Source: Candidatus Hermodarchaeum yapensis
Lineage (GTDB): Archaea > Asgardarchaeota > Hermodarchaeia > Hermodarchaeales > Hermodarchaeaceae
Direction of reading: 5' to 3'
Length of the DNA stretch: 64,000 nucleotides
NCBI GenBank assembly: GCA_016840405.1
Contig: JAEOSK010000003.1
Coordinates: 32,001 to 96,000 of the forward strand
The stretch's first letter is position 1, and each line of letters begins with the position of its first letter. The translations under genes were made by a program, and so were the position numbers. The notes beneath the pieces were generated by a model. It made no database searches, was not told the origin of the DNA, and worked only from the letters and a program-made list of their open reading frames with translations. Positions 20,858-29,064 of this stretch are shown here, one piece after another.

Positions 20858-21342
20858 ACTATACCCACTTATCCACAGCGAATTTTGCATTTACGGCGCA
20901 TGAACTTCTTCTCAAACTTAAAGTTACTGATAAGATGAAATCCATTCAATATTCAAATGGTTTGAGGAGAATAACAGAAGTATATTCATCTATTATTTGT
21001 GTGCTCACTCTACGATGATATCAAAAAGTGGTGGAGAAAAAGTAAGAGGTCTCCCCTCCTAATCTGGTTTAACATTCGCAATTACACCTATAAACTGGAA
21101 AAAGAAGACCATAGAGGTTTGAAAAACACAATTGATAGGCTCAATAGCATTATTTTGAGCATAAAAATCCTAAGAGGAATAAAATCGTTAAAACGAGAGA
21201 CGAAATGGAACAAAACGCGTTTTTACAATCCGACACATAGAAAAAAATACACTAAAATAGACCAACATGACATAAAAGTCGCTATAGCATTCAAATCAAC
21301 ACTTACAACCCAAAACCTCAACGTATTCACCGAGGTCTGATA

Positions 21343-22740
21343 ATGACTGTGATAGCAAACGACACGTTGGAAATCATTGAACAACGAATTCTCTCCCGTT
21401 TAATGCCAACAGAACGGAATCAATTAGCCAGTTTGCTTCGAAACGCAATTCTTTTTATAAAACAAATGCGAGGAGAGCCACTCACTGATGAAGAGAAGAG
21501 CTATCCAGCGCACAAGCTGCTTTCACATTCTGAGCATTTTGGAGGGAAAGAAGCAGCGGAAACTGTAGCATTTCGATTACACCTCATTGATCGTTACCAG
21601 CTTCAGAATGCAAATTACATTGAGCAAATTGTAACCCTTGATTATCCAGCAGCTTATGGAAAGCGGTTTACTGCAAGAAAAGCACTGATTCTTCGGGAGC
21701 TTTATGAAACTCCTACAATTCCAAAGTATAAACTTGCAAAAAAAATTGGTACGTCTTCTCGGGTAATCACTCGGGAGCTAAACGAATTACAACATGAGTT
21801 CGCTTTTCAAATAGTTACTTCGGCAGATCCACAAAAGTTTCGATTAGTCAGTCAGGGTATTCTCTTCCGTGCCAAATCTGCAAAACATTCAGAACGCCTT
21901 GAGAACTTGCTTTCCAATCAGCAGGGTTTCAACCGAACATTCCAATTGGATAGAGACATGCTTCGGGGAGTTATTGTATTTCGATATCCGAACCAGCAGA
22001 AAGCTCATCGTATGTTTGAAGAACGGGTCCGTTGGCTTCAAGATGAATTCTTCTTGGATTGTTATCTTTTCCTACTGACAGGATTTCATTATTCACTTTC
22101 ATTTGCAACGTATGATCCAGAAATTAATGCTTTTTCATTTGATCCAGAGATTGTATCAGAAGCCCCGTTTACATACATCAAACAGCACATCAGCACTTTG
22201 CCTAAACTTCAGGGATGTGATTACGGAGAACCAATCCGATTTGATCGTGCAGATTTTCTCCTTGCTCATTCCCTCTATTCCAGTGGCTATTTGGGACAAA
22301 CTGATTTCAAACAAAGACTGCTTAAACAGCATGGTGTTGATCTTTCAAAGAAAACGATTTGGAAACGTGAACAACGATTACGAAAGAAGCGAGTAGCGAC
22401 TCCAATCATTGAGGTGCAAATCCCTGGATTCGATGAAAATATTAGTTTCATTGTTTTTGGTTCACAAGAAGCGTGTAACACTATTCGTGGGATTCCAACC
22501 TTTCTCCCCTACGTCATATTCTTTACGACTGATAGCGGATGCATCTTACACATTCAACGTCCTGCCCACACTTCTGCTTTGACGGGTCAGCTTTTACATT
22601 CTATCCAAAAAGAACCCGAGGTTTCAGATGTAAAATTACTCCGATATCAATGGCGCATCGTATCAACACGTCATGTGGACATTGTAGATAGATGGAACGA
22701 AGAAGAACAAAAATGGGAAATTCATGAAGGAGATATTTGA
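21343..22740 (+). CDS. Large putative transcription regulator (wHTH + Lrp/AsnC-like ligand domain, duplicated), paralog 1
   Basis: ILRELYETPTIPKYKLAKKIGTSSRVITRELNEL HTH; second HTH LSKKTIWKREQRL; C-terminal RW....W. Confidence 0.75.
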   Translation: MTVIANDTLEIIEQRILSRLMPTERNQLASLLRNAILFIKQMRGEPLTDEEKSYPAHKLLSHSEHFGGKEAAETVAFRLHLIDRYQLQNANYIEQIVTLDYPAAYGKRFTARKALILRELYETPTIPKYKLAKKIGTSSRVITRELNELQHEFAFQIVTSADPQKFRLVSQGILFRAKSAKHSERLENLLSNQQGFNRTFQLDRDMLRGVIVFRYPNQQKAHRMFEERVRWLQDEFFLDCYLFLLTGFHYSLSFATYDPEINAFSFDPEIVSEAPFTYIKQHISTLPKLQGCDYGEPIRFDRADFLLAHSLYSSGYLGQTDFKQRLLKQHGVDLSKKTIWKREQRLRKKRVATPIIEVQIPGFDENISFIVFGSQEACNTIRGIPTFLPYVIFFTTDSGCILHIQRPAHTSALTGQLLHSIQKEPEVSDVKLLRYQWRIVSTRHVDIVDRWNEEEQKWEIHEGDI

Positions 22741-22749
22741 AACACATTT

Positions 22750-24210
22750 GTGGTGATAATCAAAACAATGTGCCCATATGAGAAATCACTTGACGAAGAA
22801 AGGAAACACCGACAAAAGGAATTCAAAGACCTAGAGCAATTGGTAAATCGGATTCTAAAACTAGCACAGCCGAGGAATGAGAAAGAAGACCTTGCGTTAT
22901 TTCTTGGGAATGTTCTGCTATTTATTAAACGGGTTGAGGGGTTTGAGCTTTCAGAAGACGAGAAAAAGTATCCTTCACATTCACAATTCTCTCATAGCAC
23001 ATTGACTAAAGGGAGAGATACAGTCCTTGGATTGAAACATCGATTAGGGATTATTGACCGATTTAACATCACGAATGCCCATAGGATTATCCAAATTATC
23101 GCCTCCACAGCAGTATCAACACCAATAGAGACACTATCTAGAAGACAAATTCGACTTATCCTCGAACTTCATCAGGAACCTTTATTGCGTCAGCAAGAAC
23201 TAGCCCAGCGGTTATCAACAAGTTCAACTGTTATCAAACGAGAACTTGATAACCTTCGTCGCCATTTTTCATTTGCAGTAGTTCATAACGTCGATTTTCA
23301 GAAATTCAAACTACTGTTAGTTGAGATTGATTTTTATACAAAATCTCTTGCCGCATCTGAACGATTGGCACAGTTCTGTCGAAAAACGCCTCCGTTATTT
23401 TTGCGTCGAATTTGCTTTGATCATGACTTTCGACTGGGTTACCTAACCTATCAGATACCTGATCAACCCCGAGGTCGTCGACTTTTGGAAGACCGAATTA
23501 AGTGGTTAAAAGATGAGTTTTTTGAAGACGCTTCCAAATTCCCCATAAGGAGTATGCATATCGGGATTTCATTTGACAGCTATGATTTATCTAGTGGCGC
23601 TTGGATGTTAGGAGCAGAGACCGTTGCAGAAACAATGTTGCAGTTCGCTCTACGTGAAACTCAAGACGCCGTACAATTCCGAAGCCACCGATATGGCGAA
23701 GCATTGCAATTTGATCAAGTTGATTATCTTCTTGCTCAAACTCCAATCATCTCTGGTGAGAAGAATCGCCTTGAGGTTTGTCAGAAGGTCCTTGAGCAGT
23801 GGGGCTTTGAATTAGCTACAAAGACGATTTGGAAACGGGATCAAAAACTTCGTGAAGCAGGTGTATATTTCCCTACTGTTTGGTTTGATATTCCTGAATT
23901 GGAAGAACTGGTTCAATTTAGTATTGAATGCACTCCAGATGCCCGTGATCGAATCAGTCGAATTCCTTCAATACTTCCCTATACATACATGGTCACATCA
24001 GATGATGGGCTCTTTTTCACGTTTCAACGACCGAGTCGATGTGCATCCATAACAGGACTATTAACTCGGTTGATTAATCGTGAAGAAGGAGTATCCAAAG
24101 TTACTCTATTACGATATGAACCATCATTTAGTCCACAAATGTTTACACAAACGGCTTCCCGATGGGATAGTAGTCGCCAACGCTGGGTACTTCAAGAAGG
24201 GGACATTTAA
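22750..24210 (+). CDS. Large putative transcription regulator, paralog 2
   Basis: LILELHQEPLLRQQELAQRLSTSSTVIKRELDNL HTH; LATKTIWKRDQKL. Colinear with paralog 1; both end in EGDI. Confidence 0.75.
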   Translation: MVIIKTMCPYEKSLDEERKHRQKEFKDLEQLVNRILKLAQPRNEKEDLALFLGNVLLFIKRVEGFELSEDEKKYPSHSQFSHSTLTKGRDTVLGLKHRLGIIDRFNITNAHRIIQIIASTAVSTPIETLSRRQIRLILELHQEPLLRQQELAQRLSTSSTVIKRELDNLRRHFSFAVVHNVDFQKFKLLLVEIDFYTKSLAASERLAQFCRKTPPLFLRRICFDHDFRLGYLTYQIPDQPRGRRLLEDRIKWLKDEFFEDASKFPIRSMHIGISFDSYDLSSGAWMLGAETVAETMLQFALRETQDAVQFRSHRYGEALQFDQVDYLLAQTPIISGEKNRLEVCQKVLEQWGFELATKTIWKRDQKLREAGVYFPTVWFDIPELEELVQFSIECTPDARDRISRIPSILPYTYMVTSDDGLFFTFQRPSRCASITGLLTRLINREEGVSKVTLLRYEPSFSPQMFTQTASRWDSSRQRWVLQEGDI

Positions 24211-25121
24211 CTTTCTGGCATTTGATTCGATGATGGGGTGATGACTTCAATAAATCGATCTACTAGCCGTTGTGCGATATTGATATCTGTTACCTGTTGA
24301 AGTCCTTGCCATCCACTGCTACTATTGACCTCAGTCACGACTAGCCCCTGTGCGGTTTCAAGGATATCGACACCCGTATACTCTAACCCAATTACTTCTG
24401 CACAGTGAACAGCTAGATCAGCTAATGCAGGTGTTAGTTTATATGGTTGGGGTTCGGCACCATGACGGATGGTGGTTTTCCAATCTGACCCGATTCGGTA
24501 CATTCCCGCAACGGCTTCTCCGCCAATCACGAATACTCGAATATCTTGATTTCCGTGTTCAAGAAACTCTTGAACGTACATAACATATCGACTTGCTTCC
24601 AGTGCACGAAAGACCCTCCGAGCAGTTTCGGGGTCTGAGACCCGAGTCATCCCCACTCCACCTGATCCGAAAAGGGGCTTCACGACAGCATCTTTGTAGC
24701 GGCGGAATGCACGGAGGGCGTCGCGAGTGTATTGAGTGACAGTCGTTCGAGGTACGGGGATACCGGCTAACTCAAGTAATCGTAAAGTGTAATATTTGTC
24801 AACAGCTTTTTCGATGGAATGAGGACGATTCATGAAGGGAATTCCTAGCCGTTCAAGGCAGTGGAGGGTATCCATCCGTAAGATCACTTGTTCAAGGGAA
24901 CCACCAGGTACGGCCCGGGTAAAGATGCCATCAAGTGTGGTCAGATCTTCCTTTTTATATTGGGCGTGAGGTTTTTTGCCACCAACCCTGACGACAGTTT
25001 CAGTGACATCAAAAACGACACACTCGATATTGCGACGTTGGATTTCAGCCACCACTCGACTGGTCTCCCACCCCTCCGGTTCGGAAGAGGCCACACCTAC
25101 ACGCTTTATTGGTTTTGCCAT
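24207..25121 (-). CDS. RimK-family ATP-grasp glutamate ligase (MptN/CofF-like)
   Basis: DKYYT, VVKPLFGSGG, YVQEFL, DIRVFV, GVDI, EVNSS. Directly downstream of cofE. Confidence 0.9.
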   Translation of the reverse strand: MAKPIKRVGVASSEPEGWETSRVVAEIQRRNIECVVFDVTETVVRVGGKKPHAQYKKEDLTTLDGIFTRAVPGGSLEQVILRMDTLHCLERLGIPFMNRPHSIEKAVDKYYTLRLLELAGIPVPRTTVTQYTRDALRAFRRYKDAVVKPLFGSGGVGMTRVSDPETARRVFRALEASRYVMYVQEFLEHGNQDIRVFVIGGEAVAGMYRIGSDWKTTIRHGAEPQPYKLTPALADLAVHCAEVIGLEYTGVDILETAQGLVVTEVNSSSGWQGLQQVTDINIAQRLVDRFIEVITPSSNQMPES

Positions 25122-25127
25122 CGCATC

Positions 25128-25907
25128 TCACCTTCGGAAGATATCGCGTTCGGCTTCTCGAACGAGTAATCGTGCTGATGCCGTTCCTTTTTCGTATCTA
25201 TAGTCACGGATGATGATTACTGCATTACCCTCATCTGCTTCGCCCATGAGTAATTCTGCAGCAGAGGCGAGTTCATCAGCGACAGCTACCTTTGTTGATC
25301 TTAGTTCATACCCGAATAGATCTTTCAGGCCAATATAATTTTTCAATGGAAGTAAACCAGAAGTTCCAATTGCTACATTAACGGCTCCTTCACGAAATGG
25401 ACGACCATGCGTATCAGAAATTATCACAGCAACATCGACATCACATAGCTCCAGAATGGTTTGTCGTATTTTTTCAGCGGAGTCATCTGGATTTTCAGGT
25501 AAGAGTGTTACAGAATTTTCATTGGGCACATTTGAAGAATCGACACCCGCATTAGCACACACAAATCCATGGGGTGTTTCGACTATTAGATGACCTTGCT
25601 CAGCACGAACTACCCGCCTGGAAGATTGTAAAATCACTTCAACTAGTTCTGGTCGTCTCTCAAGTTTTTGAGCGAGTTCCAGTGCCTTTTTTGAAGGTGT
25701 CACTGTTGTAAGATTTACTATGCGTCCTTCGGCACGAGACACTATCGTTTGGGCTATAACAAGAATATCACCATTTTGGAGGTTGAATCCACTATCTTGG
25801 CTAGCCTGGCAGATTCGTGTCCCTACATCATCGCCCTCTTGAATAATTTCAAGACCAGGTAATGCATGAACAGAAAAAGATGAAGAGGAGTTGCTAGGCG
25901 AAGACAT
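25128..25907 (-). CDS. cofE: Coenzyme F420-0:L-glutamate ligase
   Basis: VSRAEG, CANAGVDSSN, LLPENPD, SDTHGRPFREG, ADELASAAELLMGE. Confidence 0.95.
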   Translation of the reverse strand: MSSPSNSSSSFSVHALPGLEIIQEGDDVGTRICQASQDSGFNLQNGDILVIAQTIVSRAEGRIVNLTTVTPSKKALELAQKLERRPELVEVILQSSRRVVRAEQGHLIVETPHGFVCANAGVDSSNVPNENSVTLLPENPDDSAEKIRQTILELCDVDVAVIISDTHGRPFREGAVNVAIGTSGLLPLKNYIGLKDLFGYELRSTKVAVADELASAAELLMGEADEGNAVIIIRDYRYEKGTASARLLVREAERDIFRR

Positions 25908-25983
25908 TGTGTAGGTCCTTCGGCACTCCGTTCTTCCAGCTTAAGAGTGTGCCGACTTAGATTACAAAATTGATAGGAAAGCT

Positions 25984-26060
25984 GTGAACTACCATCGACT
26001 GAAGTTGATGGCTTCTATGCATTTGCATAGTTAAGGGTCGGTTCACGGGCGACCCCGCAC
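25984..26060 (-). ncRNA. 3' part of the putative TnpB omegaRNA/reRNA scaffold
   Basis: Hairpins GGGTCG..CGACCC and CCATC..GATGG ending in TCAC overlap the tnpB 3' end. The predicted guide follows: AGCTTTCCTATCAATTTTG. The 5' boundary is unknown. Confidence 0.55.
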
Positions 26061-27051
26061 AGGGGCATATAGCCAAGGTGCCTCTCGACTTTCCGAGCGA
26101 TATTAATGGCCCCATTGAGGTCCGCATTATACTCTCCACATGCAGAACACCGAAACCGGGCCTGGCTTGAACGCATCCCACGTCGACCACACACGTGACA
26201 GGTGATACTGGTATACGCCTCATTCACCATGACAACAGGTAAACCCCGCAACAATGCCTTATAGATTATCATCTTGGTCAGCTTGTGGAAGGGCAAATTC
26301 CCGATGATTCTTCGCACCCGTCTACCCTTTTTCTGAGTTCTTTCTCTGATTCCCATCAGATCACCAATCGCAATCCAAGACGACGTTGCATCCGCCAGCT
26401 CCACAATCTCCTTGCTTATTTGGTGGAGGACCGCTTCCACTCGCCTTTTCTCCCTATGACCGATTCGCCGGATTACTCGCTTAAGACCTCGTTTTTGTAA
26501 CCGCCTGCGGAGCCACGCATGATGTCGCCTGATTCCTCGCACAAATCGACCAAAAAACTGAGGTTGTTTAATGCATCCGTTATGCAACAACACCGTTGTT
26601 GCCATGATGCGTTCACCCAGGCCTACACCCAGCACCGAGATACACCGTCGAAAGGGTGGGACCTCAACCGTGAATACCAGATTCACATAGAACTTTCCCT
26701 GTCGACGAAAAAGTTTGCTCTCCCCTAATTTCGCACCCTTGGGAAAGGCGCGATGTGGGATGATAGGGATATTGATTCCTCCCCGTTGACCATGGACTCG
26801 AACTCGGAGAAACCAGAAAGTCTTCGACTTGCGTAGGTCGATGAGATCTTTCCTAAGAGAGAGGGGATAATCCTTATCCCGTTTGGGTTGCTTGTAGTAG
26901 CGTCAGGCTTGTTGACGGTTGGCCGAATAGAGCTGAACGCTTCGTTCCCCTCGAAGGAATCTTTGTAAGTTATTGTATTCCGTTTCCAGAAGGGCTCTTT
27001 TTTTGTGGTGAGTTTGACTATGCCACATTTGATTGTCAACCTCACCTGCAT
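26015..27051 (-). pseudogene. tnpB: TnpB RNA-guided nuclease pseudogene
   Basis: MQVRLTIKC start at 27051, frameshift in an A7 run (26998-27004), in-frame TGA at 26903-26905. RuvC-I reads LGVGLG (Asp lost). Zn finger CHVC..CSAC, then NADLNGAINI. Confidence 0.9.
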
Positions 27052-27221
27052 ATCAATGTGTGGACACAGTTTCTTAAAAACTCGTAAAATCCTGTTCATC
27101 AATCAGTTTAAGTTTGTTGTCATCTTGGATAGCTTTTATAAATATAAAGACGAGAATCACTGCAGCAATCATATCACCCATAAAAATATGGTTTACTGTT
27201 GTTATGGGTTGAAGGAAATCT

Positions 27222-27845
27222 ATGAGTGTGGAACGGATGCATCATAAAGTTTTGAAATACCACGTTCAAAAGGGTCAACTCGTTCGCGTCCCTAAAGACA
27301 AGCTCAATGAATTTGGGACCGGAGACGTGTACCTCATCGATACTGGACCCACTATCTACTTGTGGGTAGGTAATAAATCCACACCTGATGAGAAGTTCAT
27401 CGGAGCAATTACATCTGTGTGGAAAGACAAAGACCGGAAGGGTGCCGCTAAACTTGTTACAGTTGATGAAGGAGATGAACCTAAAGAGTTCCTGAAATTA
27501 TTCAAGGACAAAATCAAGATTACAGAACAGGACACAGAGGGCATCCTGAAACGTATCGCATTGAAGAACCGTGAATTCAAACTCTTTCGTGTCCACATTG
27601 AAAAGGATTTGAATTTATACTACGAGGTTGATCGTTCCAAGGACTCACTGGCAACAGACGATGTTTTCCTTTTGGACACCTATAAAAGAATCTTCATCTG
27701 GCGAGGTAAGGCATCTTCAGCTTTTGAACGATGGGAGGCCATGCGAATTGCTGAAAGATATGATGTAGAAAGAGCTGGAGCTCAACAAATCATCATCGTT
27801 GAAGAAAGTGAAGAACCTAAGGAATTCTTAAAAAGCCTGAAATAG
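27222..27845 (+). CDS. Two-domain gelsolin-like actin regulator (Asgard 2DGel type)
   Basis: Two repeats: GDVYLIDTGPTIYLWVGNKSTPDE..EGDEPKEFLKLF and DDVFLLDTYKRIFIWRGKASSAFE..ESEEPKEFLKSL. Confidence 0.9.
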   Translation: MSVERMHHKVLKYHVQKGQLVRVPKDKLNEFGTGDVYLIDTGPTIYLWVGNKSTPDEKFIGAITSVWKDKDRKGAAKLVTVDEGDEPKEFLKLFKDKIKITEQDTEGILKRIALKNREFKLFRVHIEKDLNLYYEVDRSKDSLATDDVFLLDTYKRIFIWRGKASSAFERWEAMRIAERYDVERAGAQQIIIVEESEEPKEFLKSLK

Positions 27846-27874
27846 AAAAATCCGATTCCTCGAAAGTGGAGAGT

Positions 27875-28019
27875 ACCAAGAAGGAGAAGAAACCCTAGAG
27901 CCCTTCTTGGTTCGATTTCCCGTTGATCTTTGTCTCCCGTTAATCCTGATTCAGTTACTTGAACCCAGTCAAGCTCTGCCCCAATGCTGGTCCAAACATC
28001 AGGGCAGAGGTCAGACTGG
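27875..28019. other. Structured intergenic trailer with two long hairpins
   Basis: ACCAAGAAGG/CCTTCTTGGT (27875-27911). CCAGTC..CTCTGCCC/GGGCAGAG..GACTGG (27965-28019). Confidence 0.65.
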
Positions 28020-28367
28020 TTAAGTGGCTTCATCGAGGACTATACTGACAAATTTTCCTAATCGACCTGTGTGTTGAATGGCTTTAATGAGCCGGGCCTC
28101 GTGCGACGCTTTTTGGGCGAGAAGATGATTCTCGCGGACGACGGCGAGTTCGGTTAGAAGGTCATAGAGACGACGGAGTTCCATTCGATCAATTTGCTGA
28201 GAAAGGCGTTCCAGGAGGCGGAACACATCGTCCATTGCAACCTTCTTGAGCTGGTCTAATTTGTCCGTGACAGATTGCGACCGTAAGTAAGTGCGGGCCA
28301 AACGCAATATAGGGTCGCCTGTGTCTTCTGTCCCTGTGGTCACGGCTATCCCCCTCAGGGTCGCCAT
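28020..28367 (-). CDS. Hypothetical alpha-helical protein
   Basis: 115 aa, ATG 2 nt after the upstream stop, GGGGGTG RBS, amphipathic helices. Confidence 0.7.
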   Translation of the reverse strand: MATLRGIAVTTGTEDTGDPILRLARTYLRSQSVTDKLDQLKKVAMDDVFRLLERLSQQIDRMELRRLYDLLTELAVVRENHLLAQKASHEARLIKAIQHTGRLGKFVSIVLDEAT

Positions 28368-28369
28368 AC

Positions 28370-28657
28370 CTACGCACCCCCAATGGTGGCGACGCTCGAG
28401 ACTTCTTGACCATTCGGCTCAACGCGAACGCGGACACCGTTGGGAGTTGCCTCCACAGTGATCCGACCGTTCAGGCCGCAGGTATCCTTTACTAACTCTA
28501 TTAGTAAGGATCCAATCGCTCCGATTTCTCGGAGGTCTTCATCCCCCGTCTTCGGGGTTATATCTATGTCGATAGGATAGGCGTCTGCAACGCCAATGAT
28601 CCGCTGGGTTTCTTCCATCAGTTCTGTAGCCACGTTTTTCTCCACCTTTCTTAACAC
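28370..28657 (-). CDS. Hypothetical small alpha/beta protein
   Basis: 82-95 aa. An AGGTGGAG RBS suggests a start at GTG 28633. Tightly coupled to the downstream gene. Confidence 0.7.
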   Translation of the reverse strand: MLRKVEKNVATELMEETQRIIGVADAYPIDIDITPKTGDEDLREIGAIGSLLIELVKDTCGLNGRITVEATPNGVRVRVEPNGQEVSSVATIGGA

Positions 28658-28708
28658 AACTGGGAAAAAGAAACAGATCAGATAACAATGAATGAGTGCG
28701 CTAGAGTC

Positions 28709-28782
28709 GACTGAGCCCTTACTCAGTCAGATACCGTTTAAGTGACGGGCATCGGATTCGACGGTTGTTGGGGGAAATCCAT
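28709..28782 (-). promoter_or_regulatory. Structured leader with a 14-aa upstream ORF (possible attenuator)
   Basis: uORF MDFPQQPSNPMPVT* at 28782-28738 with its stop in a hairpin loop. GACTGAG/CTCAGTC hairpin at 28709-28728, followed by a U-rich tract. Confidence 0.35.
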
Positions 28783-29015
28783 TGTTTGTCTTCACATCCG
28801 CGTTTGTTTTTCCCTTGGCGAGTGTGTTTGCTGGAATCTATCATAGACAATGAACAACAGCCTTTATATGGGGGTTCTTTGGCAGTACAAAGAAGCGGAC
28901 AAAAAAGCTAATTTTACAAATAGGGACACGAGAAGTTTACGTTAACCCTTAAATTTTCTTAAGCCATTGTTTTCGCAATAAGGGGATTTGAGTCCTCTCT
29001 CACGTTTAGAGCATT

Positions 29016-29060
29016 TCGTCAAAAGGAAAGTTTTTATGCGAGTTTCTTTCTTTTTGACGA
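29016..29060. promoter_or_regulatory. 15-bp inverted repeat around a TATA-like box upstream of regulator paralog 3
   Basis: TCGTCAAAAGGAAAG-N15-CTTTCTTTTTGACGA, arms match 14/15, spacer contains TTTTTATG. Confidence 0.65.
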
Positions 29061-29064
29061 TGGT

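Larger units (their letters stand above)
25984..27097 (-). mobile_element. IS200/IS605-family tnpB-only (IS1341-type) element, decayed
   Basis: Canonical right end GAAGCCATCAACTTCAGTCGATGGTAGTTCAC on the minus strand ends at 25984. TTGAT TAM-like motif at 27098-27102. No tnpA. The left boundary is inferred. Confidence 0.8.

Noticed and set aside
20999-21340. 113-aa plus-strand ORF upstream of the regulator pair
   Set aside because: A-rich, Lys/Asn/Ile-biased, with no RBS or motif. It is more likely promoter DNA.
26903-26905. In-frame TGA as selenocysteine
   Set aside because: The position is not a Cys/redox site. A CGA>TGA change is likely, and no SECIS was recognised.
26995-27006. Programmed -1 frameshift at A-AAA-AAA in tnpB
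   Set aside because: The shifted frame hits TGA at 26903-26905 and RuvC-I Asp is lost, so decay is the simpler explanation.
27126-27136. TGGAT-AGCTTT next to the gelsolin TATA box as a target of the TnpB guide
   Set aside because: Only a 6-nt match with an imperfect TAM, and the protein is broken, so chance is likely.
27905-27925. GGTTCGATT tRNA T-loop-like sequence
   Set aside because: No T-stem pairing or cloverleaf.
27782-28033. 83-aa minus-strand ORF
   Set aside because: It overlaps the gelsolin 3' end antisense and spans the hairpin region, with no recognisable features.
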